A DNA stretch of 64,000 nt, taken from positions 1 through 64,000 of the IMG/VR virus record IMGVR_UViG_3300034068_000286; one strand, written 5' to 3'. This stretch comes from a virus. This document shows, in pieces, positions 54,248-64,000 of the stretch (within the stretch, counting starts at the first letter, position 1; every line of letters begins with the position of its first letter). The notes under the pieces were generated by a model that worked only from the letters and a program-made list of their open reading frames with translations, did no database searches and was not told the origin of the DNA. The position numbers and the translations under genes are program-made.

Positions 54248-54916
54248 ATGAACCCTAGCATACTTGATCCGCTTACAGAAGAACAGCGGCTGGCATTGAT
54301 TTCTTGCTTTGAAAATAACAGCCAAATAAAAATTCTACCACAACGCAAGTTTGCGCTTGACTTAGAACCTGCACTAGAAATTGTCAAGCCCATCATCGAC
54401 GGCGTACTTGGCGAAGGCACATGGGAAGTTACTGGTGGCAACTTTTTTGAAACTGAAACAGGATATCGTGTTCATGCTGATACAGGCAAAGAAGGCCCTG
54501 AACGTGTGTTACAGACTTTTGTTTTTCCACTGCGGCAGGAACTACGTGACGACATTCCTGTAAGATTAGAGCGAAATAGATTTTTGGTTTTAAACCAAAC
54601 CTGGTCTGGTGATGCGGCATTCTTCCTACGTGGTGAAACTGTAGAGCCCAACGAATATAATCAGGTCATAACAGATTATCAAGATGTTGAAAACTTAGAT
54701 GATATAGAAACACTAGACGGCATACTACTAGATCATTGTCCTCACTTGAACATTAAAAACTTTGCTGGCCTTACCGTGGATAAGCACTGGCAGTGGATTC
54801 CTGGCATCCCAATGACTTTCCCTCGCAATCGTTTACATGTTAGCAGTGCGTTTCCACGTAATGGAATTAAACGCAAATTAGGTTTAAGTATTTTTACTTC
54901 ACGCCTGGGTCAGTAA
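54248..54916 (+). CDS. 2OG-Fe(II) oxygenase-like protein
   Basis: YRVHADTG...FPRNRLHVS...K HxD...H pattern. Confidence 0.6.
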   Translation: MNPSILDPLTEEQRLALISCFENNSQIKILPQRKFALDLEPALEIVKPIIDGVLGEGTWEVTGGNFFETETGYRVHADTGKEGPERVLQTFVFPLRQELRDDIPVRLERNRFLVLNQTWSGDAAFFLRGETVEPNEYNQVITDYQDVENLDDIETLDGILLDHCPHLNIKNFAGLTVDKHWQWIPGIPMTFPRNRLHVSSAFPRNGIKRKLGLSIFTSRLGQ

Positions 54917-55541
54917 ATTCTAACTGGCTCAGTGCCCACTCTCGTTCCTTGCAGTTGTAACATTCTCCGCATCGACCTACTGTAAGTGCGGTACACGAAT
55001 GAGTAAGTTCAATTAGCGGCCATACATCAAATATGTCGTACAGACTTAGTGTATGACGTTTATCAACCAAAGCAAAGGGACACGTAGTACCAGGCAACTC
55101 TACACTGGCAGGTCGACTGGGATATTCACCGGGCAATTCAATTAGTGCTCGATCAGGGTGTGCTTGACTACCATAAAAAATATGTTCAATTCCATATTTT
55201 GTTCTTGCTTCATGCTCACCAGTGCGACCTTGTTGACTGTGGTGTACTGTTGGGTCTCCGACTTTGATGGGATCGGATAATTGTTCAATGGTAAGATTAA
55301 GTTGATTTCTAACCCACTCTACAATAGGTTTAACATAATCCCATGCGCCGTCAGGACGGGCAACAGTGAACGGAATAATTTCTTGTGTACTCTTATCCAT
55401 CCTACGCTCTAAGCAGACTAGATACAGTAGCACCGCAGAATCTGCACCGCCGCTTAACATTACTCCAATTCGTTGCTTGCCTTCAGGTAGCTTGATGTCT
55501 ACCTGTTTGATAAAATCATTTTTGCCTACTGTAATTCTCAT
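54894..55541 (-). CDS. QueC-like PP-loop ATPase with zinc site
   Basis: SGGADS and THSC......CGECYNCKER motifs. Confidence 0.75.
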   Translation of the reverse strand: MRITVGKNDFIKQVDIKLPEGKQRIGVMLSGGADSAVLLYLVCLERRMDKSTQEIIPFTVARPDGAWDYVKPIVEWVRNQLNLTIEQLSDPIKVGDPTVHHSQQGRTGEHEARTKYGIEHIFYGSQAHPDRALIELPGEYPSRPASVELPGTTCPFALVDKRHTLSLYDIFDVWPLIELTHSCTALTVGRCGECYNCKEREWALSQLEFTDPGVK

Positions 55542-55542
55542 C

Positions 55543-56301
55543 TTAGTGCCTATGTTGTAAATGTTTTAGTACCTTGTCAACGTTTGCTGGTGTAAACGGT
55601 ACATTAAGAATTAGATGCCAGCTATCATTGACCCAAGATATAGTGCGATGTGTCATGCGAGTGTTTACATAGTAAACCCTACCTAGTTCAATGTTTGCTT
55701 TACGTTCATCCATCCACCAGTCATAATCCAGTGGCCCACAATTCTTTAAAAATGCCACCAATCTAAAACAAGGACGCGGTAGGCCAGGATGGTCTCGATG
55801 CGGGACAAAGTATCCACCGATGCCTGAATTAATTAAAAATGTTCTTCCAAGGGGATTCCATTCATCTAAAAATCCTTTAAGGCTTGTTAGCCCTGGACTT
55901 GCTCTATCGCAATCGTTGTATAGTTGTGTGGGGTTACAGAATTCTTCTTCGTTTGGTGTACGACCAAGTTTGTTTGTTGCTTCTGGTATACTGGGTGCTT
56001 GGCGATGATCCCATCCGTCAATTGTTGTCAAGGTCATTGACCTGCGATTGTTTGGCCGGTCAGTTCGGGGCAAATAATCTACCCAATCACTGCTGTATTT
56101 TTCGTTAATGACACTTTCAATGCCAAATGTATCCAGCTTCCAATCCAATGGTTCAAAGTTTCCAATTTGACTTAATGCCAGTTCAGATGCCACAGCGCCT
56201 GGCATTTGTTGCAGTCTATCAAAATTAAGTCCTTGGCGACTTCCGCTAACACCTGCGCCTTGCACAGCGTTGGGATTGTTTTGATTGAATATGTTTGTCA
56301 T
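55543..56301 (-). CDS. AspH-like 2OG-Fe(II) oxygenase
   Basis: GGYFVPHRD...YYVNT...HRT...HLILN. Confidence 0.7.
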   Translation of the reverse strand: MTNIFNQNNPNAVQGAGVSGSRQGLNFDRLQQMPGAVASELALSQIGNFEPLDWKLDTFGIESVINEKYSSDWVDYLPRTDRPNNRRSMTLTTIDGWDHRQAPSIPEATNKLGRTPNEEEFCNPTQLYNDCDRASPGLTSLKGFLDEWNPLGRTFLINSGIGGYFVPHRDHPGLPRPCFRLVAFLKNCGPLDYDWWMDERKANIELGRVYYVNTRMTHRTISWVNDSWHLILNVPFTPANVDKVLKHLQHRH

Positions 56302-56350
56302 GCAAATAGTTATCTACTGTATGATAACCCTGCATCGTCTAATTCCGTTG

Positions 56351-56800
56351 TTATGGAATTTTTTTAGTTTGTACCTTGTCTAGTCTATAGTGTTTCATTC
56401 TATAGCATCTACTGAGTGTGATGTTATAGTTTGCCAACTGGTTTCGCCATAAAAAGAATTGAGGACCATGTGTCATATTATCGTTGGTCAACCATTCCCA
56501 TTGATGTACCATTTCATGCGCCATGGTGTTGATGAATAATCGTTTGCTCAAGAAGCTTTTGTTGATTTTCATTTTACATTTGGTTTGATCACCAAGTACA
56601 CCCTGACACTCGCCCCAGAATGCTTTGGTATAAACTAGTCTAAAACTAGGCATTTTGAGTTCGTTGTTAAAAACATTGCGATTAATGTTTCTAAATGCTT
56701 CCCTACAATCAGCAATCGTAGGTCTAAACTTAGCATCATGCTCATCAAAGCTTTGAACCATCTTAAATAATTTGGTTCTAGTAATATCCTTCTTGCCCAT
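56351..56800 (-). CDS. SprT-like zinc metalloprotease
   Basis: FNNEL...HEMVHQ...HGPQF. Confidence 0.85.
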   Translation of the reverse strand: MGKKDITRTKLFKMVQSFDEHDAKFRPTIADCREAFRNINRNVFNNELKMPSFRLVYTKAFWGECQGVLGDQTKCKMKINKSFLSKRLFINTMAHEMVHQWEWLTNDNMTHGPQFFLWRNQLANYNITLSRCYRMKHYRLDKVQTKKIP

Positions 56801-56897
56801 TGGATAAAAGCCCCATGTTGTTACTCTTAGCGAGTAGTATATTTATTGATGACCTACTTTAGTTTAAACACCAGTTGCTTGCGTAATAACTACTTAC

Positions 56898-57824
56898 TTA
56901 ACTGCTTATTAACTTGATGCCTTCAATGATGTCCCCATCTACTAACATGTCTAGCGGATGCTTTACTCCGGCAAATTTGTTAGTATTCCAAACTTTGAAG
57001 TTTTCGTTATAATGCCACCAGGGGCTAATGCCTAACATCAAGTGTATACGTGGGGGTGCGGTACGAGTTCGAGCATACGCACGATGCAGAGTATTTGTGT
57101 CCCATGAATATGCATGTCCTGCTTCTAAATGTAAAGGGTTGTAACCTTCTTGTTCCAGGACATAGTCAGGGTGAGTAACTAGCGGAATGTTAATTCGCAA
57201 ATTTGTTGTCATTGGTTCGTCTTTATGCCATGTAACTCCTGCATATTTGTCATCTCCAACTGGTCCTTCTTGTTCTGCATATATGATACGAATAGCTGTT
57301 CTAACCATGGTACATTTAAAAGAATCTAAGAATGTACCCAATGATTTAAAGCGACTAGCCGGTGTTCTTGTAGCAAACCCAAATGTATCATAGTGGGTAT
57401 TTCTTTTAACACTTGGCATATTTTCATTGGAATACGTAGAGTAAGGATTTGATACTCCTATCGTGCCAGGATTGTGATTTCCTTGTACCTGTTGATGTAC
57501 GTCACCGCTGTTACCATCAATATGATCAGGATTGTATGTTAGACCCATACCACCATAACTCATATCCATGTGTCCTTCTCCTAATAATCTATAATTCCAT
57601 TGACCAAATGTCAGTAATGCTTCGTGTGTATCATCAACTAGTTGTTGAAAATTTACCGACTCGGGCAATTGAAATTTTAAAAGAGGCGCATATTCTCTTG
57701 AAGGTGGTGCATATAACTCTGACTTGTTAATTTTAAATGGTGTTAATGAGTCAAAATAATTTGCTCTAGTTTCTGTCAATGGTGCTTTATCTGTTTCTCT
57801 AACAATAATCATTTTGTAATCCAA
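56898..57824 (-). CDS. AspH-like 2OG-Fe(II) oxygenase
   Basis: WHKDE...RINIPL...HLEAG..YSWDT..LHR...RIHLMLG. Confidence 0.78.
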   Translation of the reverse strand: MDYKMIIVRETDKAPLTETRANYFDSLTPFKINKSELYAPPSREYAPLLKFQLPESVNFQQLVDDTHEALLTFGQWNYRLLGEGHMDMSYGGMGLTYNPDHIDGNSGDVHQQVQGNHNPGTIGVSNPYSTYSNENMPSVKRNTHYDTFGFATRTPASRFKSLGTFLDSFKCTMVRTAIRIIYAEQEGPVGDDKYAGVTWHKDEPMTTNLRINIPLVTHPDYVLEQEGYNPLHLEAGHAYSWDTNTLHRAYARTRTAPPRIHLMLGISPWWHYNENFKVWNTNKFAGVKHPLDMLVDGDIIEGIKLISS

Positions 57825-58795
57825 TCTTTGTATTTTTCATAACTTGGCTCTAATGCTTTGAGCCATTCTGTAATCTTTGGTCTACCCTTAACTGCCATAA
57901 TAATCTTTGGCTTGGCTAGATCGGCGCCGTGCATGAATGCGCCGTTGTTGAATACAAATGTATTTGTGTCTGGTGGTAATTCTACATAAGTTCTATTTTT
58001 CATAGGAACTCGTTCTGCACTAACACCATATGCCGCACCTGTTCTTACTGTGATAGGTTTAGGGTCATAATCTGCTGTGCGTTCTGGCCAGCGACTTATC
58101 CAGAATGTAGGGCCATCGTTGGTGTCCCAAATCATAATACGCAGGCTATCAGGCCACGGATAAATGACTGCGTCTGGATCTATGTGTGGAGTCACCTCAT
58201 TAATGTTTGACCAAAGTACAACCTTTTCAATACTGTGGAAAGGCAAGCAGTCAAAAATCTGTTGGAACATTTTAGGAAAGTGTCCTGTCCAATCATCCAC
58301 CACTGTGTTTTTATAGTTAAATTTAGTATGGTCTACTTCCGGGTGCAGGAAGCAACATAAGCCTTTCCAGAACTGTGTCTCTGCTTGACCACGAGTGATG
58401 TCAGCTTGCTTTTCATTCCATAGCTTCCAAAACAAATCCCAGTCATCTGGTTCAATTTTAGGTATATCAAGTGGCACCCATTTGATAGGAGTCCATTTTT
58501 CGTCAACCAAGGCAATCTCAGGCCATGCCGCAGGACTAATGCGACTTAAAAAGTCAACGTTGGTATCGGGCATGTGTACTACCCTGGCACCCAATCTAAT
58601 CCATTCATGCCATGGACTACGACCGTTCATTAAATGCATTGCTGAATGTATATCAAGCACAACCCATTCTCCTGGATGTTGATCAGCTGGCAATGATTCT
58701 CCTGCTGGCAGTGTTAAGGTTCGGCCTGTTAGTCGATTAGTGCGCCAATTTACATGGGCTACTATTGTTACTTTCGGTGGTGTAATGGGGTTCAT
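57809..58795 (-). CDS. 2OG-Fe(II) oxygenase-like protein
   Basis: VTPHID...FVFNN..FMHGA...K. Confidence 0.6.
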   Translation of the reverse strand: MNPITPPKVTIVAHVNWRTNRLTGRTLTLPAGESLPADQHPGEWVVLDIHSAMHLMNGRSPWHEWIRLGARVVHMPDTNVDFLSRISPAAWPEIALVDEKWTPIKWVPLDIPKIEPDDWDLFWKLWNEKQADITRGQAETQFWKGLCCFLHPEVDHTKFNYKNTVVDDWTGHFPKMFQQIFDCLPFHSIEKVVLWSNINEVTPHIDPDAVIYPWPDSLRIMIWDTNDGPTFWISRWPERTADYDPKPITVRTGAAYGVSAERVPMKNRTYVELPPDTNTFVFNNGAFMHGADLAKPKIIMAVKGRPKITEWLKALEPSYEKYKDWITK

Positions 58796-58825
58796 AATAG
58801 TAATTATGATTGCAAACCCGCTATG

Positions 58826-59431
58826 TTACTTCAATAGTACTGTTGCAACATCGTTCCAGTTGTTAAATCTGCGAACTGAAATATCGGAAAAATTGTAATT
58901 CCAAGGCTGTGACAAAATATAAGTTGCATGTCCTGCTTCTGCACTTGCCTTTGCCGCCGATTCAGTTGCTGTAACACAAAATGCCGGCTCGTGTTCTTTA
59001 AACATTGGGTACATGTTTGCATGCCTATTCACAACATATAATTCATGAAACACATTAGGAAATAGTAACTCTAAGTTTGCTCTACGTAGTGTGGCGCGAT
59101 GCATGTCTTTTGATGATCTGCTGTAGCCCACAATGTACCAACCTGCTTTAACAAATTCTGTTAGTATTTTTTCTGCCCCAAGACAAGGATACATTGCACC
59201 CCATTGCCATGAATGCTCACAGAAATCGCTCATCCATAAATCGGCCAATTCATCTGGAACACTCAACCAATTACCCAAGTGTTCTCTACTGGTTAATGTA
59301 TTACCAGCAACATTTTTTAATCTGTCGTGTTGTGCTAACCATTTTACAAAAGCAGTTATTGTATCTATGCAAGTATCATCTATATCAATGATCAGCTTGT
59401 TTTTATAATCATCAACCAGCAAGCTCAACAC
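58826..59431 (-). CDS. HAD-superfamily nucleotidase-like protein
   Basis: DIDDT motif I; PWN...RFNNW C-terminus; motif IV degenerate. Confidence 0.65.
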   Translation of the reverse strand: MLSLLVDDYKNKLIIDIDDTCIDTITAFVKWLAQHDRLKNVAGNTLTSREHLGNWLSVPDELADLWMSDFCEHSWQWGAMYPCLGAEKILTEFVKAGWYIVGYSRSSKDMHRATLRRANLELLFPNVFHELYVVNRHANMYPMFKEHEPAFCVTATESAAKASAEAGHATYILSQPWNYNFSDISVRRFNNWNDVATVLLK

Positions 59432-59723
59432 TTACTCCAAGCGGGTGACCATTGGTACGAGCAATTTGAGTTGACTCCATGGCTTTTTGTTCAGCTACTT
59501 CGTATGTGTAAATTCCAGCGGTACCTTTACCATTTTGATGTACCTGCATCATGATTTGTAAAGCGGCTTCTTGCTGATGGTGAAAAATTACTTTAAGTAA
59601 CTCAATGACAAATTCCATTGGCGTGGAATTATCATTTAAAATGACGACACGGAATTTTTCTGGTTCTTTTACGCCAGTTGTATTATCTGTTTTCTTAACT
59701 GTTTGAATTGCTGTTTCTGACAT
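59412..59723 (-). CDS. clpS: ClpS N-degron adaptor
   Basis: VVILNDNSTPMEFV...MMQVHQNGKG..GIYTYEVAEQK...HPL. Confidence 0.93.
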   Translation of the reverse strand: MSETAIQTVKKTDNTTGVKEPEKFRVVILNDNSTPMEFVIELLKVIFHHQQEAALQIMMQVHQNGKGTAGIYTYEVAEQKAMESTQIARTNGHPLGVSVELAG

Positions 59724-59761
59724 ATTGTTATACCCGTGTTCTTGTCTAATATTTATCTAAA

Positions 59762-59785
59762 GGGTGGGATTTTTAATTCCCACCC
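59762..59785. terminator. Terminator-like hairpin after hsp20
   Basis: GGGTGGGA-TTTTTAAT-TCCCACCC. Confidence 0.6.
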
Positions 59786-59799
59786 ATGTGAAAAGTTAA

Positions 59800-60216
59800 T
59801 TATTCCTTGATTAGAGGAATCTTCTTAGCCTTGTATTCTTCAGCTACAAGTTGTTCGAAGTCAATTATCAACATGCCATCTTTAAGGCTTGCAGTTCGTA
59901 CTTCTACATGGTCTGCAAGCACAAACTCCCTACGGAAGTTGCGTTTTGCTATACCACGATATATGTAGTTTGCTGTTGATTCATCATTGGACTTTTCACC
60001 TTTTACAACCAAGGTGTTATCCTGGTGTGTAATATCAATTTCAGATTCGTTAAAACCAGCGACAGCCATCGTAATACGATGCTTGTTATCTTCTAGTTTT
60101 TCTACGTTGAATGGCGGGTATCCATTTGCTGTTGCACCACTGATTAAGCGGTCCAACTCTTTGAACATGCTATCGAATCCGATACCAAATTGTGAATAAG
60201 GTAATTGCTTTGACAT
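59800..60216 (-). CDS. Small heat-shock protein Hsp20 (IbpA-like)
   Basis: YPPFNV, AVAGF, YRGIAKRNFRREF.L, DGML.I. Confidence 0.93.
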   Translation of the reverse strand: MSKQLPYSQFGIGFDSMFKELDRLISGATANGYPPFNVEKLEDNKHRITMAVAGFNESEIDITHQDNTLVVKGEKSNDESTANYIYRGIAKRNFRREFVLADHVEVRTASLKDGMLIIDFEQLVAEEYKAKKIPLIKE

Positions 60217-60310
60217 AATTTAATCTCCTTTGTAAAGCGAGTTTATTTGACAACCCCTTCATGGGCATTATCAAGTGAATCACTAGCCCTCATGGCACTA
60301 GTATATCACT
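60217..60310 (-). promoter_or_regulatory. ROSE-like RNA thermometer upstream of hsp20
   Basis: Two TGCC...GGG hairpins, then CTCGCT...AAAGGAG...ATG. Confidence 0.65.
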
Positions 60311-60342
60311 ATTATATTTATTTCTTAGCGAGAAGTCAAGTA

Positions 60343-60615
60343 TCAATACATCCGGCGTTTGATACCATCACGCGGTACACGCTTGCCGTTTAGTTCGTCT
60401 GTTTCTACTTGTTTTAAATGACGACGTCTTGCTTTATTAGCGGCAACTCTGCGCTCTGTGGTTGGCTTAACGTATTCTCCACGCTCGCGAACTTCGTCCA
60501 TTTTACCACTATCTTGTATCTTGTTTTTAAATTTTCTAAGTGCTTTTTCAACTTGGTCATCTTTGACTAATACACTTGTGCCACGTATTTTAGGGCGTTG
60601 ATTATCTCTACTCAT
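60343..60615 (-). CDS. rpsU: Ribosomal protein bS21
   Basis: V.V....VEKALRKFK......G...EVRER..YVKPT..R. Confidence 0.88.
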   Translation of the reverse strand: MSRDNQRPKIRGTSVLVKDDQVEKALRKFKNKIQDSGKMDEVRERGEYVKPTTERRVAANKARRRHLKQVETDELNGKRVPRDGIKRRMY

Positions 60616-61844
60616 TATGCTACTATTTCTAAGTTTTTATAAATTTTGACTGTGCTATGGTCTTCCACAGACTGTTCAGTGATTATAACTTTACTTAATC
60701 CTTCTTGTACCAACTCGGGCAAATTGAACTGTACATCCAGTAACACTTGCTCAATTATGCTTCTTAATCCACGGGCGCCTGTTTTTTTGGCAATGCTTAA
60801 ATTGGCAATAGCTACACGTGCTTCTGGCATAAATTCAAGTTCAACCCGATCTAGTTCAAAGATTGCTTTATATTCTTTTTCAATGCTGTCTTCTGGATCA
60901 GTCATAATATGTACCAAGTCATTGGCAGTCAATGTATCTAATGCGGCAACAACTGGAATACGTCCCATAAACTCAGGAATCATACCAAACTTGACAAAGT
61001 CTTCTGGTTCCACTTCAGCTAGCCATACATCTGTTTTAACATCAGCGCAATCTACTTCTGCTCCAAACCCAATTTTGGCTCCACCACTTATACGTTTTTT
61101 AACCTGTTCGTCTAGGCCTACAAATGCACCACCTAGAATAAACAAAATGTTTTTTGTGTTTACTACGTTTGTTTCACTACCAGGGTGCTTGCGACCACCA
61201 TTTTGTGGAACACGACATTCTGTCCCTTCAATTAGTTTAAGCAAGGCCTGTTGCACACCTTCTCCACTTACATCTCGAGTAATACTAGAGCTTTCGCTTT
61301 TACGACCTTTTTTATCAATTTCGTCAATGTAAATAATACCAGTCTCAGCTTTTTTAATGTCGCCTCCAGCGGCTTGGACTAGACGGTGTATAACACTTTC
61401 AACATCGTCACCTACGTAACCTGATTCTGTCAGTGTTGTGGCATCGGCAATAGCAAAAGGCACATTGATCTTTTCAGCTAGTTTTTTTGCTAAAAGCGTT
61501 TTACCTGAACCAGTGGGGCCGATTAACAATACATTTGATTTTTTAATAAGGTCCGTGCTGCCTTGACTCAGTCGTTTGTAGTGATTACGCACAGCTACAC
61601 TCAAACTTCGTTTGGCAAGGTCTTGTCCAATGACAAATTTATCTAGGTATGCTTTAATTTCACTTGGCGTTGTTGAATTAATAAATTCACCAGGTTTATC
61701 TTTTACATCAGACGCAATGGCATCTACACAAAGATTAATACACTCATCACAAATGTATGCGTTTTCGCCAGCAATTAATGCTTTGACTTCGTCTCTGCCT
61801 TTACTGCAAAAACTACATGTTAATTTTTGAACTTTATCTACCAA
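60615..61844 (-). CDS. clpX: ATP-dependent Clp protease ATP-binding subunit ClpX
   Basis: CSFC...CDEC zinc domain; GPTGSGKT; [14 protein letters not shown]; RKHP; IGF; GARGLR. Confidence 0.96.
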   Translation of the reverse strand: MVDKVQKLTCSFCSKGRDEVKALIAGENAYICDECINLCVDAIASDVKDKPGEFINSTTPSEIKAYLDKFVIGQDLAKRSLSVAVRNHYKRLSQGSTDLIKKSNVLLIGPTGSGKTLLAKKLAEKINVPFAIADATTLTESGYVGDDVESVIHRLVQAAGGDIKKAETGIIYIDEIDKKGRKSESSSITRDVSGEGVQQALLKLIEGTECRVPQNGGRKHPGSETNVVNTKNILFILGGAFVGLDEQVKKRISGGAKIGFGAEVDCADVKTDVWLAEVEPEDFVKFGMIPEFMGRIPVVAALDTLTANDLVHIMTDPEDSIEKEYKAIFELDRVELEFMPEARVAIANLSIAKKTGARGLRSIIEQVLLDVQFNLPELVQEGLSKVIITEQSVEDHSTVKIYKNLEIVA

Positions 61845-62256
61845 GGGTCAACTCCAAGATAGCAAGCAAGTGATCAAAGTCTTCAAAGTGAGGAATGTCA
61901 ACTGCATTTAACAATGCTACCAATTCGTCGTTGCCAGTTTTAACATGGAACACAACTGGTTGGTCAATTTTAGACATTGCCAGGGCCATACGGATTTCAT
62001 GTTCAGTACAACTTGCTGTATCTACAAACACCATACTGCAATTGTCAACTACATGCCAATACCAAACCCAAGCCTTGGGGTCTTTGGCTGCGGTTTCATT
62101 GGCATAAAATGTTAACTGATTTTGTATTCCCTTTTCTAATATATCAATAATAGTATCTTGCCATACCTTGTCATTGCTAACCAAACAAAATGCAAGACCG
62201 CCACTTGGCATATAAAGAGTAGGCGGACTTACAACATAAACACTTGAATCACTCAA
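61834..62256 (-). CDS. Hypothetical protein
   Basis: VVSPP motif; overlaps the clpX start. Confidence 0.65.
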   Translation of the reverse strand: MSDSSVYVVSPPTLYMPSGGLAFCLVSNDKVWQDTIIDILEKGIQNQLTFYANETAAKDPKAWVWYWHVVDNCSMVFVDTASCTEHEIRMALAMSKIDQPVVFHVKTGNDELVALLNAVDIPHFEDFDHLLAILELTLGR

Positions 62257-62269
62257 AATAAACCTTTAG

Positions 62270-63463
62270 TTAATTAACATCATCGCGGCCAGGATAGGTA
62301 ACATTGAACCAACCTCTACTGCGCTTTCGTTTAGCAATATCTTCTTTGCTTGCTGTATATATTTTATCTTCTTTTAAAGGTTGTTGTTGCTCGGATTGAA
62401 CAGGGGCGTCCCATGCTTCACCGGGTGTTCCCGGAGGTGCTGTAATCAAATCACTAGCGTATTGCTCACCAATTACTTCTTCCTTGGCATCAGCTTTGGC
62501 ATCAGCAAGTTCTTCTACTTCTGTTTCTGTGGCTGGATATACTGGGTCTAAGTTGCTGGTAATGCTTTCGCTGTGTGTTTCTGGTTCTTCGTACACAGGT
62601 GTAGGTGCTGTGTCAATTGGTGGTTCTGTAGCAGTTGGTTGAGATAGTATTGGTTTGCTATCTTCTTCTTCTTCTTCTTCTTCTTGTTGGCGGAACCATT
62701 GGAAGCTATATTGACTTGCCAACAATAATATAACTGCTAGTGGATCAAAAACTGACACAATAATAATAATTACCCATGTTACAGCTTTCTCTAATAAGTT
62801 AGCATCGGGATTATCACCATAGATAAATGCCGCAATGTATTTGACAGGCCCTACTTCAGCTTCTACTTTACGTACTTCTGCACGAATTGGTGCGGCTTCG
62901 TCGTTGAGTTTAGCAATAAGCTTTTGGTTAGCTTCAATGTCCTTGGCCAATGCAGAACGATCACGTTGCTGACTCTTGCGTATATTAACTGCTTTGTCTG
63001 CACCCTTTTCATCTGCGCTTCGACCCATGACTTGGTCAACTGCCTCATCCATCTGTTTGAGTTGCTTGCGGTTAGCTTCAATATTTTCTCGTGCGGTTTT
63101 GATCTTTTCATCATAGATTGCAATCCTACTTTGTACATCACCTGACACTAAACTTTGGTCGCTGTGTGCCTTAGATAAGAATCCAAAGATACCCATTGAG
63201 GTAATGATCATTAAAATAGCTACGGCCAGCGACATGTATGCTTTAATAAAGAATGGGGCTCGACTCCAGTTTAGCTTTAGCCAAATTGTGGCAATCAGTT
63301 TGCTAACTTCAAGTGCTACACCCATAACAATAATAGGAATAACCGCGGCAGCAAAGATGCTTACTAGGCCTGCCACTGAATAGTATACAGCCACAGCCGA
63401 TATACTTAGGCCGCTTAGTAGTGCCAAATAGGCAACTAACTTGTCTGTGCGTGTGATTTTCAT
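62270..63463 (-). CDS. Multi-TM membrane protein with coiled coil and acidic tail
   Basis: YYSVAGL, TSMGIFGFLSKAH, VGPVKYIA, FDPLAV; start MKITRT. Confidence 0.75.
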   Translation of the reverse strand: MKITRTDKLVAYLALLSGLSISAVAVYYSVAGLVSIFAAAVIPIIVMGVALEVSKLIATIWLKLNWSRAPFFIKAYMSLAVAILMIITSMGIFGFLSKAHSDQSLVSGDVQSRIAIYDEKIKTARENIEANRKQLKQMDEAVDQVMGRSADEKGADKAVNIRKSQQRDRSALAKDIEANQKLIAKLNDEAAPIRAEVRKVEAEVGPVKYIAAFIYGDNPDANLLEKAVTWVIIIIVSVFDPLAVILLLASQYSFQWFRQQEEEEEEEDSKPILSQPTATEPPIDTAPTPVYEEPETHSESITSNLDPVYPATETEVEELADAKADAKEEVIGEQYASDLITAPPGTPGEAWDAPVQSEQQQPLKEDKIYTASKEDIAKRKRSRGWFNVTYPGRDDVN

Positions 63464-63464
63464 T

Positions 63465-64000
63465 TTAAATGTGTGTCCTTGCTGGGAAGCAGTGTGGTAA
63501 ATCGTCAAATAAAGGTGCTTCAATTCTTTTTCCATCGACATCATAGTCGTATGTTTGATTCTTGCTTTGTGGGTTTGGTACTTTGCCGTACGGATCATAG
63601 AGTTCGCACATACGGTCATAGTAATTTTTTGGCATTACATCAATGATCAAATGTGTTCTCCAAGTTTCCCCATAGTTTACTGCGGTGTGAATAATTTTGT
63701 TGTTTAATTCCCAGACTTCTCCAGGTTCAATGTGGTCTCGCATTCCACCATTATTTAAATCATAACTGTAATGATACAACCAGCATTCAGCATTAGTACT
63801 AATTGCAATATTGTATCGGCGAGCATAGCGTTGATTAAATCTAGTATCAGTATGAAATACTGTATCACCTTCGCGTGGCCGCATTCTTGCAATATCTGCT
63901 TGTACAACAACCGGGTCAGCAATGCCAGTTAAACTGGCCAGGTATTCGCATTTTGACTTTAGTATATTATCCCACATGTCCTGTATACCCGGTGGGTAGC
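63465..64000 (-). CDS. AspH-like 2OG-Fe(II) oxygenase (5'-truncated by window)
   Basis: FHTD...WELNN..IHTAVN....RTHLIID; frame open to the window edge. Confidence 0.8.
   Translation of the reverse strand, partial: YPPGIQDMWDNILKSKCEYLASLTGIADPVVVQADIARMRPREGDTVFHTDTRFNQRYARRYNIAISTNAECWLYHYSYDLNNGGMRDHIEPGEVWELNNKIIHTAVNYGETWRTHLIIDVMPKNYYDRMCELYDPYGKVPNPQSKNQTYDYDVDGKRIEAPLFDDLPHCFPARTHI

Noticed and set aside
62661-62685. (TTC)n microsatellite as a phase-variation switch
   Set aside because: Triplet repeat encoding poly-Glu in a disordered tail; slippage keeps the frame
123-63145. Numerous plus-strand ORFs antisense to long genes (e.g. 16930-17481, 60646-61332)
   Set aside because: Shadow frames of well-supported minus-strand genes, with no recognisable motifs
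1-64000. Bacterial chromosome, or alternative genetic code
   Set aside because: Host-like genes are interspersed with fibres, spanins, a gp44-type loader and late promoters, indicating a phage; conserved genes are intact under code 11

Overview
This window is a 64 kb segment of a large, lytic-style tailed dsDNA phage (Caudoviricetes, huge-phage type). It is AT-rich, uses the standard code, has densely packed ORFs mostly on the minus strand, and carries both sigma70-type early promoters and T4-like TAAATA late-promoter motifs. Host-like genes (phasin-like, DUF3563-like, ErpA, IF-1, bS21) are consistent with a proteobacterial, possibly betaproteobacterial, host (inference). Contents, left to right: (1) an internal-head-type protein, a phasin-like operon and UvsE; (2) a coiled-coil gene followed by a ~220 nt structured RNA candidate; (3) adhesin, fibre and collagen structural genes; (4) ClpA, DnaJ, spanins, IF-1, PhoH, clamp loader, GroES, a DnaE fragment, ErpA, QueD, an exonuclease and dCMP deaminase; (5) many small early genes behind strong promoters that share an 18-bp palindrome; (6) a LuxR-associated cassette of a coiled-coil protein, five beta-rich fibre-domain proteins and a papain-like protease; (7) a large modification-enzyme region with a B12 radical SAM, an ATE/Bpt-like transferase, an amidinotransferase, eight 2OG-Fe(II) oxygenase-like genes, MTAN+APRT and a QueC-like gene; (8) ClpS, Hsp20, bS21 and ClpX. 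I saw no tRNA, rRNA, CRISPR array or integrase. All product calls come from motif recognition by eye, not from database searches.
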